From positions 19,592,001-19,656,000 of the forward strand of contig NC_079171.1 of assembly GCF_947568905.1 (NCBI RefSeq): a DNA stretch of 64,000 nt. Reading direction: 5' to 3'. Source of the DNA: Ostrea edulis (Eukaryota). The translations under genes were made by a program, and so were the position numbers. Shown here piece after piece: positions 12,316 through 25,618 of the stretch (its first letter is position 1; each line of letters begins with the position of its first letter). The notes beneath the pieces are model-generated. The model did not search any database. It worked only from the letters and a program-made list of their open reading frames with translations, and had not been told where the DNA came from.

Positions 12316-12505
12316 CTCGTCTTCACCATATGTGAAACTATCATTTCCGGCTCGCCGTTTGACCTCCTCAGAAAAGTTCCGGTAGGCAGGACTCGTTGGT
12401 TTCCGGAGTGTTACGGTCATGAGTGCCTCATACGCTTTCTTGGCCCTCTGATTCCTCTCCGGTGTATCGTTCTTCCTGTACCATGGCTTTTCACTGTCCT
12501 CCTTG
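12316..12505 (-). CDS. NPR1: NPR-like receptor exon 3
   Basis: Absent from the ORF track; translated by hand. Acceptor CCACAG|C, donor GAG|GTTAGT; 190 bp. Encodes KEDSEKPWYRKNDTPERNQRAKKAYEALMTVTLRKPTSPAYRNFSEEVKRRAGNDSFTYGEDE. Confidence 0.92.
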
Positions 12506-12759
12506 CTGTGGATACAAATATATTACATTTACGTACATATCTAATTCATGGAGTTACTTTGTTTTCCTAAAATACCACTATCATGTATATATGAATGATT
12601 GTGGATTTTGTCTGACTTTAAGATCTGAGATAAATCAGGCCACCTGTAGTAATGCCACTTTGGAAAGTGAATCATTGGGTATTTCACTCTATGTAAAGTA
12701 TATTTCTCTAGTTTGGATATCTCATTGTGTTTTCTTGTATTTTGAACGTCTGTACATCT

Positions 12760-12877
12760 CACAGTATAAAGTCATTAACGACTCAACACTCTGTACATCT
12801 CACAGTATAAAGTCATTAACAACTCAACACTCTATACATCTCACAGTATACAGTCATTAGTGACTCAACACTCTGTA
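12760..12877. repeat. 41-bp tandem repeat, ~3 copies
   Basis: ACTCAACACTCTGTACATCTCACAGTATAAAGTCATTAACG. Confidence 0.88.
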
Positions 12878-13084
12878 CAGTTTCCATGAAACTTGTGTAA
12901 AAATAATCATTAATGCACAATGAAGCGAATAACCATACAAAAGTCGTTTCAATAGGTATTGGTACAATTTAACATTAAAACTTATATACAGATTACTTAG
13001 ATAACATTTACCATTACATTAATCAATTGGTAGCTTAAGTTAGCATCCAATATTAAGACACTGCGCGATAAAATAACGAAGCGA

Positions 13085-14570
13085 TGTGTCATGGTTTATG
13101 TTGATGTGCCGTGGTTTATGTTGATGTGGTGTGCCGTGGTTTATGTTGATGTGGTGTGCCGTGGTTTATGTTGATGTGGTGTGGTGGTTTATGTTGATGT
13201 GGTGTGCCGTGGTTTATGTTGATGTGGTGTGTCGTGGTTTATGTTGATGTGGTGTGTCGAGGTTTATGTTGATGTGGTGTGCCGTGGTTTATGTTGATGT
13301 GGTGTGGTGGTTTATGTTGATGTGGTGTGCAGTGGTTTATGTTGATGTGGTGTGCCGTGGTTTATGTTGATGTGGTGTGTCGTGGTTTATGTTGATGTGG
13401 TGTGTCGTGGTTTATGTTGATGTGGTGTGTCGTGGTTTATGTTGATGTGGTGTGCCGTGGTTTATATTGATGTGGTATGTGGTGATTTATTTTGATGTGG
13501 TGTGCCGTGGTTTATATTGATGTGGTGTGTCGTGGTTTATGTTGATGTGGTGTGTCGTGGTTTATGTTGATGTGGTATGTGGTGATTTATTTTGATGTGG
13601 TGTGGTGGTTTATATTGATGTGGTGTGTCATAGTTTATGTTGATGTGGTGTGTCGTGGTTTATGTTGATGTGGTGTGTCGTGGTATATGTTGATGTGGTG
13701 TGGTGGTTTATGTTGATGTTGTGTGCCGTAGTTTATGTTGATGTGGTGTGTCGTGGTTTATGTTGATGTGGTGTGCCGTAGTTTATGTTGATGTGGTGTG
13801 TCGTGGTTTATGTTGATGTGGTGTGCCATGGTTTATGTTGATGTTGTGTGCCGTAGTTTATGTTGATGTGGTGTGTCGTGGTTTATGTTGATGTGGTGTG
13901 TCGTGGTTAATGTTGATGTGGTGTGCCATGGTTTATGTTGATGTGGTGTGCCGTAGTTTATGTTGATGTGGTGTGTCGTGGTTTATGTTGATGTGGTGTG
14001 CCGTGGTTTATGTTGATGTGGTGTGTCGTGGTTTATGTTGATGTGGTGTGTCATGGTTTATGTTGATGTGGTGTGTTGTGGTTTATGTTGATGTGATGTG
14101 TCGTGGTTTATATTGATGTGCTGTGTCGTGGTTTATGTTGATGTGGTGTGTCGTGGTTTATGTTGATGTGGTATGTGGTGATTTATTTTGATGTGGTGTG
14201 GTGGTTTATATTGATGTGGTGTGTCATGGTTTATGTTGATGTGGTGTGTCGTGGTTTATGTTGATGTGGTGTGTCGTGGTATATGTTGATGTGGTGTGTC
14301 GTGGTTTATGTTGATGTGGTGTGTCGTGGTTTATGTTGATGTGGTGTGCCGTGGTTTATGTTGATGTGGTGTGCCATGGTTTATGTTGATGTGGTGTGCC
14401 ATGGTTTATGTTGATGTGGTGTGCCGTGGTTTATGTTGATGTGGTGTGTCGTGGTTTATGTTGATGTGGTGTGCCATGGTTTATGTTGATGTGGTGTGCC
14501 ATGGTTTATGTTGATGTGGTGTGCCGTGGTTTATGTTGATGTGGTGTGTCATAGTATATGTTGATGTGTC
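13085..14570. repeat. 25-bp GT-rich minisatellite, ~60 copies
   Basis: GTGGTTTATGTTGATGTGGTGTG(C/T)C. Confidence 0.97.
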
Positions 14571-14627
14571 GTATTTTACGCTGATGCGATGGTACTTAAG
14601 ATTTGTGTTTAATGTGATTGTTCATTT

Positions 14628-14750
14628 AAACACATTTTTATTGCGATATGATATTTACCATGGAATGACACATTTTTATTGAGATATGATATTTACCATG
14701 GACTGACACATTTTTATTGCGATATGATATTTACCATGGAATGACACATT
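14628..14750. repeat. 38-bp tandem repeat, ~3 copies
   Basis: ACACATTTTTATTGCGATATGATATTTACCATGGAATG. Confidence 0.88.
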
Positions 14751-14978
14751 TTGGTGTTTGTTATCCTTCTAGAGGATCGAGATTGAATGCCAGCGTAATG
14801 CCGATATAAGATGGATGAATTCAAAATAGCATGTAGGTTTTAACATCAATTGGTTCAGTTACGTTTAGGTAAACTCGTGTTACGATTGCGCAACCATGTG
14901 CGTTTCCAGAACGTATGGTACGTCTGTTGCTATGTTTCCGGTCAGTTTCTCAACTGAGTAAGGCCATATTTGACTTAC

Positions 14979-15090
14979 CTGCTGAAAAGGTCGATGTTGA
15001 GGAAAACATATTCTCCATTATCAAAATTCAGCTCATTTGCCTTTATCATGATGTCCCTCACGGAGTCTGCAGATGCACATAGCACCACAA
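14979..15090 (-). CDS. NPR1: NPR-like receptor shared exon 2
   Basis: Acceptor TTTTTTTCAG|TT GTG and donor AG|GTAAGT; 112 bp, phase 1 to phase 2. Encodes (I/V)VVLCASADSVRDIMIKANELNFDNGEYVFLNIDLFS, which resembles the vertebrate NPR xVYIC...NGDYVFFxLDxF segment. Confidence 0.92.
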
Positions 15091-15110
15091 CTGAAAAAAA
15101 ATACAAGAAT

Positions 15111-15232
15111 CCTTCAGTAAAGAGACAGAGATGTAAAGTGTCCCAAAATGTAACCCACAATCCCTCAGTAAAGAGACAAGAAGCTAGAGTGGCTCAAAAT
15201 ATAACCCACAATCCCTCAGTAAAGAGACAGGA
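15111..15232. repeat. 51-bp tandem duplication (~2.5 copies) next to the exon-2 acceptor
   Basis: CC(C/T)TCAGTAAAGAGACA recurs at 15111, 15162 and 15213. Confidence 0.8.
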
Positions 15233-16271
15233 AGGTATTTGTTAGTGTACAAAATGTCCCAAAACATAACGTGTCAAATGCAGGTGATTTGAGGTAAAAT
15301 ACTGACAACACCAAGATTGACAGATATCATTTTGTCGTCCATCTCTCTATGTGCCACAGTAAAGTTAACTTCTGTTTAAGTTCCATTATAAAATACATAA
15401 TCACATCGCTCACCAAAATTTGGTGTTTGGGTGGGGTTGTGAGTATAATTAGTACTGTGTTTAGTATTTCTTATTATTAACTTTAAAATAAAACAACAAT
15501 AAAGGAAATCTATAATAAAAAGTGATGAATCACAATTGAATAACAGCTGAAACAGATTCATCCTATTTCTCCAAATCCCGAATCGATCACTTTTGAAAGA
15601 AATCTTTAAAACCCGATCAATCATTGACAGCGAACTGTTTGTCTGCGAAGGGAAGTGATAAGTGTGATCGGAGTGTTTCAGGACAAAAACAACAACGTAC
15701 AAGAAGAGGCCGTTCGCTCATCTCCAGGGACGATATGACAAGGCTTGAAACATGTGGTTTCCATGCGAAACCGTTCACATTGATTAGTATTTTAAATCAC
15801 ACAAAAATATTGAATCTCTATGGAAATAAGTTTTTACAAAAAATCAGTATTTACAAAACCATGAAACACAAACACAATGAACACAAATTATCTCTCAAAC
15901 ATATTTGTTTGTTTAAAATCCGTCGAGAATTTTTAGCTCATAGTGAGGTACCACTTTAGACCTGAGGACCGTGGCAATGAAAGTCCTTCACTGTCACGAC
16001 AGAGCTGCGACTCTCGCATCTAGATACCGAGCGTCTGATGGAGGAACAATCACTACATATTTTTCCGTCATAGGAACGGGACTGAAACCTACGACCTCCA
16101 AGTCACTAATCATTGAACCAATAGGATATATGTAGATCCCACTCAATAGCGTAGAAACATAATGACACTGGTACTTGAATATGGATGGAATTATAGTGTC
16201 TTCTAATGTTAATATCGAGAGCACGTTAATACCGTAACGTTACAGTCAATATCCACATTCAGTGTTGGTAC

Positions 16272-16375
16272 TGACATGACAGCGAGTTTAGTTTCAGTAT
16301 TGACATGACAGCGAGTTTAGTTTCAGTATTGGCATGACAGTTAGTTTAGTTTCAGTATTGACATGACAGTTAGTT
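16272..16375. repeat. 29-bp tandem repeat, ~3.5 copies
   Basis: TGACATGACAGCGAGTTTAGTTTCAGTAT. Confidence 0.85.
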
Positions 16376-16477
16376 GTTAGATGATGCATATGTTGACAAA
16401 GGTCGTTTTTTTCTTATACAATGAATCCATATAGATAGAACAGTGCGTTTAAACTTATCAAATACTGTCAAAATCAA

Positions 16478-16795
16478 CAGTGTATTGAAACTTTATCAAT
16501 ATCGACAGTGTATCAAAACTTATCACGTGATGTCAATATCGACAGTCTATTGAAACTTATCACGTGATGTCAATATCAACAGTGTATCAAAACTTATCAC
16601 GTGATGTCAATATCGACAGTCTATTGAAACTTATCACATGATGTCAAAACCAACAGCGTATTGAAACTTATTACGTGATGTCAATATCGACAACGTATTG
16701 AAACTTATAACGTGATGTCAATATCGACAGATTATCAAAACTTATCACATGATGTCATGTGATAATGTCAGTGTATTGAAAATTATTACATGATG
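16478..16795. repeat. 37-bp minisatellite, ~8 copies
   Basis: TGTCAATATCGACAGTCTATTGAAACTTATCACGTGA. Confidence 0.88.
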
Positions 16796-16834
16796 TTAAA
16801 ATCGACAGTGTGCGTCACATCAGCTGTTATTAAC

Positions 16835-17065
16835 TGATTTGTATATTGTTTAACGTCCCTCTCGACGCATACATGTATGAAGACGTCACCGCACTGCAAA
16901 TGCTCGGTGCCTAAGGCCTTTGAGCAAGAAGGGATCTTTATCGTGCCACACCTGCTGTGACACAGGACCTCGGTTTTTGCGGTCTCATTCGAAGGACCGC
17001 CCCATTTAGTCACCTCTTACGACAAGCAAGAGGTCTGAGGACCTATTCTAACCCGGATCCTCACT
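16835..17065 (-). mobile_element. SINE fragment (related family, conserved GGCACGATAAAGATCCC central domain)
   Basis: TATTGTTTAACGTCCC..GACGTCACC..GGCCTTTGAGCA..GGGATCTTTATCGTGCCACAC..GTGACAC; homologous to 30845-31065 and 47745-47890. Confidence 0.72.
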
Positions 17066-18069
17066 GGATTACATCAACTGTGAAATGATAATACAAGAAA
17101 TCCTTGTTGACCCTGTACAGGATATCAGTGCAGTCGGTGATGGTTCATTTGATCACCTACATACTTTATCCATATCGTAAACATGGTAACAAATGACACT
17201 TACTTCCGAGACAGATATGGAGAAATATTTTGTCTTGCAGAATTAGTGTTGTATTGTGTTATGATTACATTGATAAGTCCTCTATGCGTCCTTACATCAC
17301 CAGAAACCAAAACACATGTAGAGATACATGGAATGTGTCAGACAAATAAGATTAGGCATGTAACGAAGAACTGGTGTGGTTTCTTGTACCCTGTAATTGA
17401 GCTGAGTGTTATTACTGTTCCGGAGAGGACCTTTTCATGTCACTTCATGTATGTTATCCATGCATTTAACCAGAAACACTTTCTTTCAGCAGTCGCGCAT
17501 CATCCACATACAAATGATAAGCGACATTTTTGACCTGTTGGGTGACCGGTCTACGCTCGGTGGATTCCTCTCTCACCGCGGGCTTTACTTTGTTTATTAA
17601 ATATCATACATTCACATCGGATTATATTTTACCCACTGGTCAGCGATGTTCTTGGTAACAATCTAAATTATCTAAAAGTATGCGTCATCAATCAAACTCG
17701 TAAGATTAAGAGATTTACACACAAAAAATGATCTCATGTTACAAAGCAAGTAATAGATATTGTCTACAAAAAATATTACAATACAGATCAGTTAATTACA
17801 TTGAACATGGGAGAAGAAACTGGGGAACTAATGCCCAGTGCGGGCCTGTAATGCTGGTATCTTAGCGCGTAATGAGGATAAATCATTCAGTTTGTAACAG
17901 GGCAACTGGGGATGTCTTGAAATGCTTGAACATAAAATCTGTAATTTACTTAAAAAGGAATGTCTGTTAGCTTTAATTGATTTAAAAGTAATTATCTGAA
18001 TTACAACGTAATGTATACGTGATTGTCATCAAATCTCACGTGTATTGTGTATAACGTTATTTCTTCGTA

Positions 18070-20102
18070 CAGTACCCGCAACGTTATTCTTGACATGATA
18101 AACGATAGAACACGATACACGCACGATAGGATAGGATACACGCACGATACGATAGGATACACGCACGATACGATAGGATACACAATAAACCTGATAAACG
18201 CAAAACCTGATAAACGATCTTCACGATAGACCTGATAAACGCAAAACACGATAAACGATCTTCACGATAAACGGAAAACCTGATAGAAATGTTGTAAATT
18301 TAGAAACGGTTTAGACGGAACGAAATTTTGATACCTACAACATAATTACATTATGTTTACATTATGTTGATAATAATATTGAAGGATTTCAATGTTCATT
18401 ATATACCTACATTACGGACAAAGCGGATTTCTTGTTTCCCGCGTTCTCGCGATGGAAAAAAATCTAACGCGGTAATCTATAGGTAACTCAGGAAAACCGC
18501 GTTCTCATCGCGGGATGACTATCAGCTACCTGTCCCCGTCGTGGTAACATTTGTTTAAAGCATTGATCGGTTTTGTACCATATAATTTGTTTAATCCACG
18601 GTCATACGTTTTTTTTGTGTTGGTTTTTTTAATGCCATCACAGCTAAAATTTAAAAAAAAAAATAAAATAAAATATATACGGCATTGAATTCATTATTTG
18701 ATATCTATATGAATTTTATCAGCCAATGATTCTAAAACTTATATTGTCACCTAATGTTTAATATATAGATTATACAGGGAATTAACTAAATGTAATACAT
18801 TGTATAATGTAGTGATATCATGCTTCAGTAGCTATCTTATGCTAATGTATATTACCTTGGGTATGAAATAAAACCAAGTAATATTGTGCGTGTAGCGTGG
18901 AGGGGGTTATTTTGCATCAAGCTCTAAGTTCACGGCTCATTCAACATCTCAAGTTATTTTCATAACGACCGCTTTAAAAAAAAATCAACCGCACTACACC
19001 TGTTAGATATTTTTACACTATGATTGATAATTGATAGTCATAAGTAATTGGAACATATTTATTTGAATTGATATTTTGTTAACAAAACATAAATATACTG
19101 TTTAAAAAACATAAACAAAACCCGGCTTGTTTTAAATTCGCAATTTTGAAACGCTTAGTGTGTAAAAAAAATTCAAATAATCATCAAAACCAACATAGAT
19201 TTCCAGTATCTACACGTACGAGTATTGGTACATGTACAAGGTATATAAAAAAAGAACAACGATGACAGCGGAATCGTGCCCAGTTGAGCAGAATTTTGGG
19301 GGATGCAACACCCTTGCACCCTTTTAAAACTTAATCTTCTAAATGTGTGAAATACAATGTCCCTGAGAATGTTAGCTGTCAAAACACGGGTGATACACAA
19401 AATCAGATATAAGGACGCTCACAAGTTCAGCAGTTGCTATATAAGTAGCATACACGTGGGAAAAAAATCGGAAGAAAAAGAACCATTATTAAAATATACA
19501 TGTATGTGATAAACAATGTAATTTACTGATTTTTCCTTTCAAATCGGAAATCCCTATTTTTCTGTTAGTGTTAATTACAAATAACTGTTTCTAGACAAAC
19601 AAATGTTTATGAACTTCAGAAGGAGCTTTCAGATTTACTGTGCTCGGTTTACTGTCCTACTTTCCAGACTACTTAGAATTAAATTGTGATAAATTTTCAC
19701 TCTCTCTCTGGACAGACAAATATATCTTCTTCTGCCTTAAAATCGACAACTTTATGTTCTCCTTCAAATATACCATCTTTCCTCGATTCCTAAAAATAGC
19801 TTCTTTAACAAAACGAATAAAGGTTTCGGAAAGTATCGTACTTTTTCATTAGATTTTATATACGATCCCGATAGTTTCCGAAGCTACACGATAAACGATT
19901 TTCATGATAAACGGAAAACCTGATACACGCAAAACACGATACACGATAGACCTGATAAACGCAAAACACGATAGAAAACGGAAAACCTGATACATGATAA
20001 GATATGATACACGCACGATACGATAGGATACACGCACGATACGATAGGATACACGCACGATAGAGCACGATAGGAATGTCAAGAATAACGTTGCGGGTAC
20101 TG
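18070..20102. mobile_element. Non-autonomous DNA transposon (Tc1/mariner-like) with 27-bp perfect TIRs and TA target duplication
   Basis: TA|CAGTACCCGCAACGTTATTCTTGACAT (18070-18096) ... ATGTCAAGAATAACGTTGCGGGTACTG|TA (20076-20102). Subterminal arrays at both ends; no transposase ORF seen. Confidence 0.85.
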
Positions 20103-21068
20103 TATGTTTGGGAATCCCATGACAAATTAAATCAAATTGTTCGAAAGAACACGTGTCGCTTGCAAGGACATCAGATGCGAGGGCGTCCGTGATCATTGTA
20201 TAAATTAAATGACCTTTACACAAAAAACTTGCATGCTAAGCATCAAAGCCCCATCTTATAGAATTTCCAAGTTTTAAGTTGTGACAGACACACAAATGCC
20301 AAGCGACAGACAAAGTCAAACCTCAGTATCGCTATGCTTTATAAGTGACCAAAAAAAAAAAAAAAAAAATGAATGCTATAAAGGTTAAAGAACGATTTCC
20401 CTCTGAAAAAGCACTTAGATTTCATCACTTTTCATGACATGATAATTTGACTATCTAATCATAAATTGCCAATCTTTTGTCTATCTGTAACCATTTCTTC
20501 AGTTACATTTTCAACTTCTTCAAGACATGTCATCATGCTGTATAAAAAACATAGAGAATAACTTTCTGTCACATAGTTCTCCCACAGGATAATGATTGAA
20601 TTATAATTGGACTAAAAATGCTGCCATGGTGCTCATAAAAACATGCGAATGCATCTTTGAGCTATGGCAAATAATTTAGAAAATCCCAACATATGCATTT
20701 TAATATCTGTTTCATTATTACTATCATGAGGAATAATAAAACGTCTAGACTCAGTGTGTTCAGAGCTACTTTAATGCCCTATCGTAGCCGTGACATTACA
20801 TGGCGAAGTCAATATTTACGACCGTGACCTACATGTAGCATTGGGATGTCAAGGTCTGTGAAATAGCCTAGAGATATCAAGGTATGTGTTTATGACATAG
20901 CCTTGGGAGGTTAAGGTTTAAACAAATATGAATCTGTACCACGTGAGGCTCTTAACGTATCACGTTCATCGAATGTTCCCCTGTGATTTATGAGGAGAGG
21001 ATTTTCAAAGATTTTTTTCAATTCATTCTTTCAAGATAAAACTTTAACATTCGATTGTGGTCTCATTC

Positions 21069-21245
21069 TGTATCCGGGGTTATGGTTTCTGTATCCGGGG
21101 TTATGGTTTCTGTATCCGGGGTCATTGTTTCTGTATCCGGGGTTATGGTTTCTGTATCCGGGGTCATGGTTTCTGAATCCGGGGTCATGGTTTCTGTATC
21201 CGGGGTCATGGTTTCTGAATCCGGGGTCATGGTTTCTGTATCCGA
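21069..21245. repeat. 21-bp minisatellite, ~8 copies
   Basis: TCCGGGGT(T/C)ATGGTTTCTG(T/A)A; explains the four overlapping 7-aa-repeat ORFs. Confidence 0.93.
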
Positions 21246-21878
21246 AGTCATTGTTTATTTGCACAACATGAAGACGATTGCGTGTTGTCTGAACAAAAGG
21301 AGCGTCATGCATTAAAACTGGAAGACTTTTGGTTACCAAAAAATACTGGACAACTGAAACCGTACTGATGACAGCCTAACATAGCATTTATCATGGTACC
21401 ATCCCTGGCAACTTCCGTTAGGATGGGGATGAAATAGTTCGTCCCATTTAACAATTTGAGTAGAGTCAATAATAATTGATTCAATTGCATTCTGAAGAGT
21501 GGCGAGTACTTAGGGTCGACGGTTAAAAAACCTGGCATAATTAACGCAAAAGACAATTAGAAAAGTCCAAAGCGGAAATCACTCGTGTTCCCCGTCTTTT
21601 TCAGGTAGCGAGATGCCATTTACTGGAGGTTGCGTGGGTTGTTAAGTGTTGTCATGCAGCGAAACCCTGTTGTAACAGCTCCACAGAAATGGATTCTAAT
21701 GACACTGAAGGGTCCTCAGAAATATGGCCGAATGTTGATCGACACCATTAAAGTACTAAATAACTAGTTTCCCGAGGATCTGGCATTTTGTTGATAACAG
21801 TAGTTGTGATCTAACATGGTGCATACTTAGTACAAAATAGTCTTATTTATCATGTATTACTACAATATTACAAGCAAA

Positions 21879-21882
<4 letters not shown>

Positions 21883-21925
<43 letters not shown>
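21883..21925. repeat. (GA)n microsatellite
   Basis: Direct inspection. Confidence 0.97.
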
Positions 21926-21927
<2 letters not shown>

Positions 21928-22144
21928 TTCACTCTGTACAGTGATATGTGTCCTACGTAAGCTTTAATCAGAAATTACAGAACCCGCCGCATCGTTAGGG
22001 AGAAATCCTGTAGTCTTTAATTCTGTTACGTCAAAGAATCGAGGTCCACCTTAGATAATCTCCGAGTAATTCCAATACCAAATAATTAAACCAGTTTGTC
22101 AAATAGCTGGTAGTTACCATGTATAACGGGTAACTTCAGCACAC

Positions 22145-23030
22145 TAGTCAGTACTGGTTTTAGTCAGCATGGTCTTAGTCAGTACTGGTCTTAGTCAGCA
22201 TGGTCTTAGTCAGTATTGGTCTTAGTCAGTATTGGTCTTAGTCAGTATTGGTCTTAGTCAGCATGGTCTTAGTCAGTATTGGTCTTAGTCAGTACTGGTC
22301 TTAGTCAGCACTGGTCTTAGTCAGCACTGGTCTTAGTCAGTACTGGTCTTAGTCAGTATTGGTTTTAGTCAGTACTGGTCTTAGTCAGCATGGTCTTAGT
22401 CAGTACTGGTCTTAGTCAGCATGGTCTTAGTCAGCATGGTCTTAGTCAGTATTGGTCTTAGTCAGTATTGGTCTTAGTCAGTACTGGTCTTAGTCAGCAC
22501 TGGTCTTTGTCAGCACTGGTCTTAGTCAGTATTGGTCTTAGTCAGCACTGGTCTTAGTCAGTACTGGTCTTAGTCAGTATTGGTCTTAGTCAGTACTGGT
22601 CTTAGTCAGCACTGGTCTTAGTCAGCACTGGTCTTAGTCAGTACTGGTCTTAGTCAGTATTGGTTTTAGTCAGTACTGGTCTTAGTCAGCATGGTCTTAG
22701 TCAGTACTGGTCTTAGTCAGCATGGTCTTAGTCAGCATGGTCTTAGTCAGTATTGGTCTTAGTCAGTATTGGTCTTAGTCAGTACTGGTCTTAGTCAGCA
22801 CTGGTCTTTGTCAGCACTGGTCTTAGTCAGTATTGGTCTTAGTCAGCACTGGTCTTAGTCAGTACTGGTCTTAGTCAGTATTGGTTTTAGTCAGTATGGT
22901 CTTAGTCAGTACTGGTCTTTGTCAGCACTGGTCTTAGTCAGTACTGGTCTTAGTCAGCACTGGTCTTAGTCAGTACTGGTCTTAGTCAGTATTGGTCTTA
23001 GTCAGTATTGGTCTTAGTCAGCACTGGTCT
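22145..23030. repeat. 15/16-bp minisatellite, ~55 copies
   Basis: GGTCTTAGTCAG(TACT/TATT/CACT/CAT). Confidence 0.97.
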
Positions 23031-24435
23031 TCATACTGTTCAGCCATATTATACGTTCAAAATTTTCTTTTATTAATTTTGTTGCACTGTAATAAATACC
23101 ACTGATTTTGGTGATATTCACATTTCTTTGTGATTCTCAAGATCTAAATATCTCAATCTAATCGAATGACTACTCTAGTGTACCGGAATACAACAGCAAA
23201 ATAAGTAACCCTTTTTGCAGTTACAGGTTCTTGACTAAGAAGTACGGAAAGTTAGAGAAAATTTGACTATTTTCAAAACGGCAAATGTACACGGTGTTAA
23301 CACGAGAGTCACAAAATTATTTTTGAAATTTATGGAATATGTCTAGATACAATGACGTCTTGGTGGGCATCATTCAGTTCTCCAGGAGCAGCTCAATCAA
23401 TTTCCAATCAATTTCACAAACATTGCAAGATCAAAACCAGGCTTGATCTCTTAGCACCCGCATGCATGACAGACGTGGTGCAATATTTCGGGAATTGAAT
23501 ATAATGTGCGGGCAACCACATTATTTGATTAGATCTGTTTTGTATTTGATTTGTTGTGATTTCGGCTGTGTAACCCGCCGTTTTGCAGTGCTTTATCACT
23601 CTTCAAAACTAGATAGTCATGATAAAGGCGCATTTGCTATATTAAATATCATTTGAAGAATTAATAGTTCATAAATCTGCTTAATTGACAAGCACAGTAA
23701 TCTGCGTACAACCAGCGATTGATGGACTTTGTGCATCGCATTCCGACAATCAACAGCTTTTGTTTTCTATTTAGACGTCGTTTTAATGTCGCCGATAATT
23801 AAATGCATGAAAGACTCAATCGTCCAAAGAAAGTTTTGTATGAAGCCGTTTCCGGAATCTGCTTACCGGGTTTATATTAAAATCTATACATCACAGGATC
23901 GTTTTGAAGCAAGAGGAAATGGCGGTAATTCGCCGCGAAATAGCCTCGCCAAGACGATACAATAAAATATAAACCCGTCTAACGTCATTTCAACTGTCTT
24001 ATTCATACGCATTATCAAGCGATTTTGTCATACACAAAGAAGAGCGTGCAATAGATTCAATTGCTGTTCTTCGAAATAGCTGATGTTTTGCAAATACATG
24101 CATTCATAAAATCCTGGAAACACGTTTGAAACATAAATTATTAGTCCATGGTCTTTCATTTACACTTATTTCAAAGAATGGCTTTAAGGCATAATGGAGA
24201 ATTGATTCCGATGTTCGGCTAACTCACAGGGATGTTTTAGTTTTCATCACGTACAATCTCTTTCGTTCCAACTGATGTTAATTAAGGGTGTAGAAAACGC
24301 TTACTAGATTGTCACGAATGAAAACCACGGGGTATATGTAATAATGTTAAACAATCACCTCATGAAGCACGAAATTCTAATTCTAGTTCTGAATTATGAA
24401 AAATCATGAAATACCTGCGGGATTCGAACTAATGG

Positions 24436-24873
24436 TCTGTAGATTGTCAGTTAAACGCCTCAAAAGCCCACCGAACTAACTACACTAATGTTCTGTAGAT
24501 TGTCAGTTAAACGCCTCAAAAGCCCACCGAACTAACTACACTAATGTTCTGTAGATTGTCAGTTAAACGTCTCAAAAGCCCACCGAACTAACTACACTAA
24601 TGTTCTGTAGATTGTCAGTTAAACGCCTCAAAAGCCCACCGAACTAACTACACTAATGTTCTGTAGATTGTCAGTTAAACGTCTCAAAAGCCCACCGAAC
24701 TAACTACACTAATGTTCTGTAGATTGTCAGTTAAACGCCTCAAAAGCCCACCGAACTAACTACACTAATGTTCTGTAGATTGTCAGTTAAACGTCTCAAA
24801 AGCCCACCGAACTAACTACACTAATGTTCTGTAGATTGTCAGTTAAACGCCTCAAAAGCCCACCGAACTAACT
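24436..24873. repeat. 56-bp minisatellite, ~8 copies
   Basis: TCTGTAGATTGTCAGTTAAACG(C/T)CTCAAAAGCCCACCGAACTAACTACACTAATGT, starts at 24436, 24492 and 24548. Confidence 0.95.
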
Positions 24874-25094
24874 AGACATAAAGCTAAAGAACACTTTTCT
24901 TCTTTCATTTCCAGTTTTGAAAAACTTTTGAAGATGTATTATTTCTCCTTAAGGACATACATGTACGTGACATTTCTGACATTTTCTCAATCTTGTTTTT
25001 CTTTTCATCTCCTTAATATGACGACTTCTTTCGTGATTTCCGAAATAGGTTTAAATTTTAAACTGTAGTAATGTTACCACAATTTGCATATCGA

Positions 25095-25175
25095 CCTGGG
25101 TAGCCCAATGGTTGGGTCACTTAACTAGTAATGCAAGGGCCCTGGGTTCGATAACGGAACGTTCCGCAGATTTCA
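25095..25175 (+). mobile_element. tRNA-like SINE head (degenerate)
   Basis: TAGCCCAATGGT (A-box-like) ... GGGTTCGATA (B-box-like). Confidence 0.4.
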
Positions 25176-25618
25176 CTCTCGTCTAGATTTATACAAACTT
25201 CTGTACTTCATATTTTCACTTGCAACAACCACAAACTATCAAAATATACTAATGTACAACATACGTAGTAATATACGCAACTTTTGTAGAAACGAGATTA
25301 AATGTAAGTGAATTGTACGTAAAATGTCACGGAAAATTATATATTATTAAAAAACATCAAGTATGTCCTTACATCGTGTTATGAATGTTGAGTTTGTTGT
25401 TTCATGAAATTACAACATGAATCATATTTCATTTGTGCTCAATTTAGTGTAGAATGGAAAACGCATTTCCTCCTTCAAAATACAACTCTTGTGCATTATC
25501 TACGACAGAGTAGCAAAGACAATGAAATATAACTCACCGATATTAAAAATGAAATTGGTCAAAAACATTATAATTCTAAAACAAATGATGATACTATTTG
25601 ACGCGGATGTATACTTAC

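Noticed and set aside
15994-16224. 76-aa minus-strand ORF and the 83-aa ORF at 21305-21556 in the intron
   Set aside because: No family motifs, non-ATG starts, and the NPR exon chain is already complete and in phase without them.
24436-24873. Regular repeats as possible CRISPR arrays (also 43680-44240 and 36045-36597)
   Set aside because: Head-to-tail monomers with no unique spacers, no cas genes, and a eukaryotic spliced-gene context.
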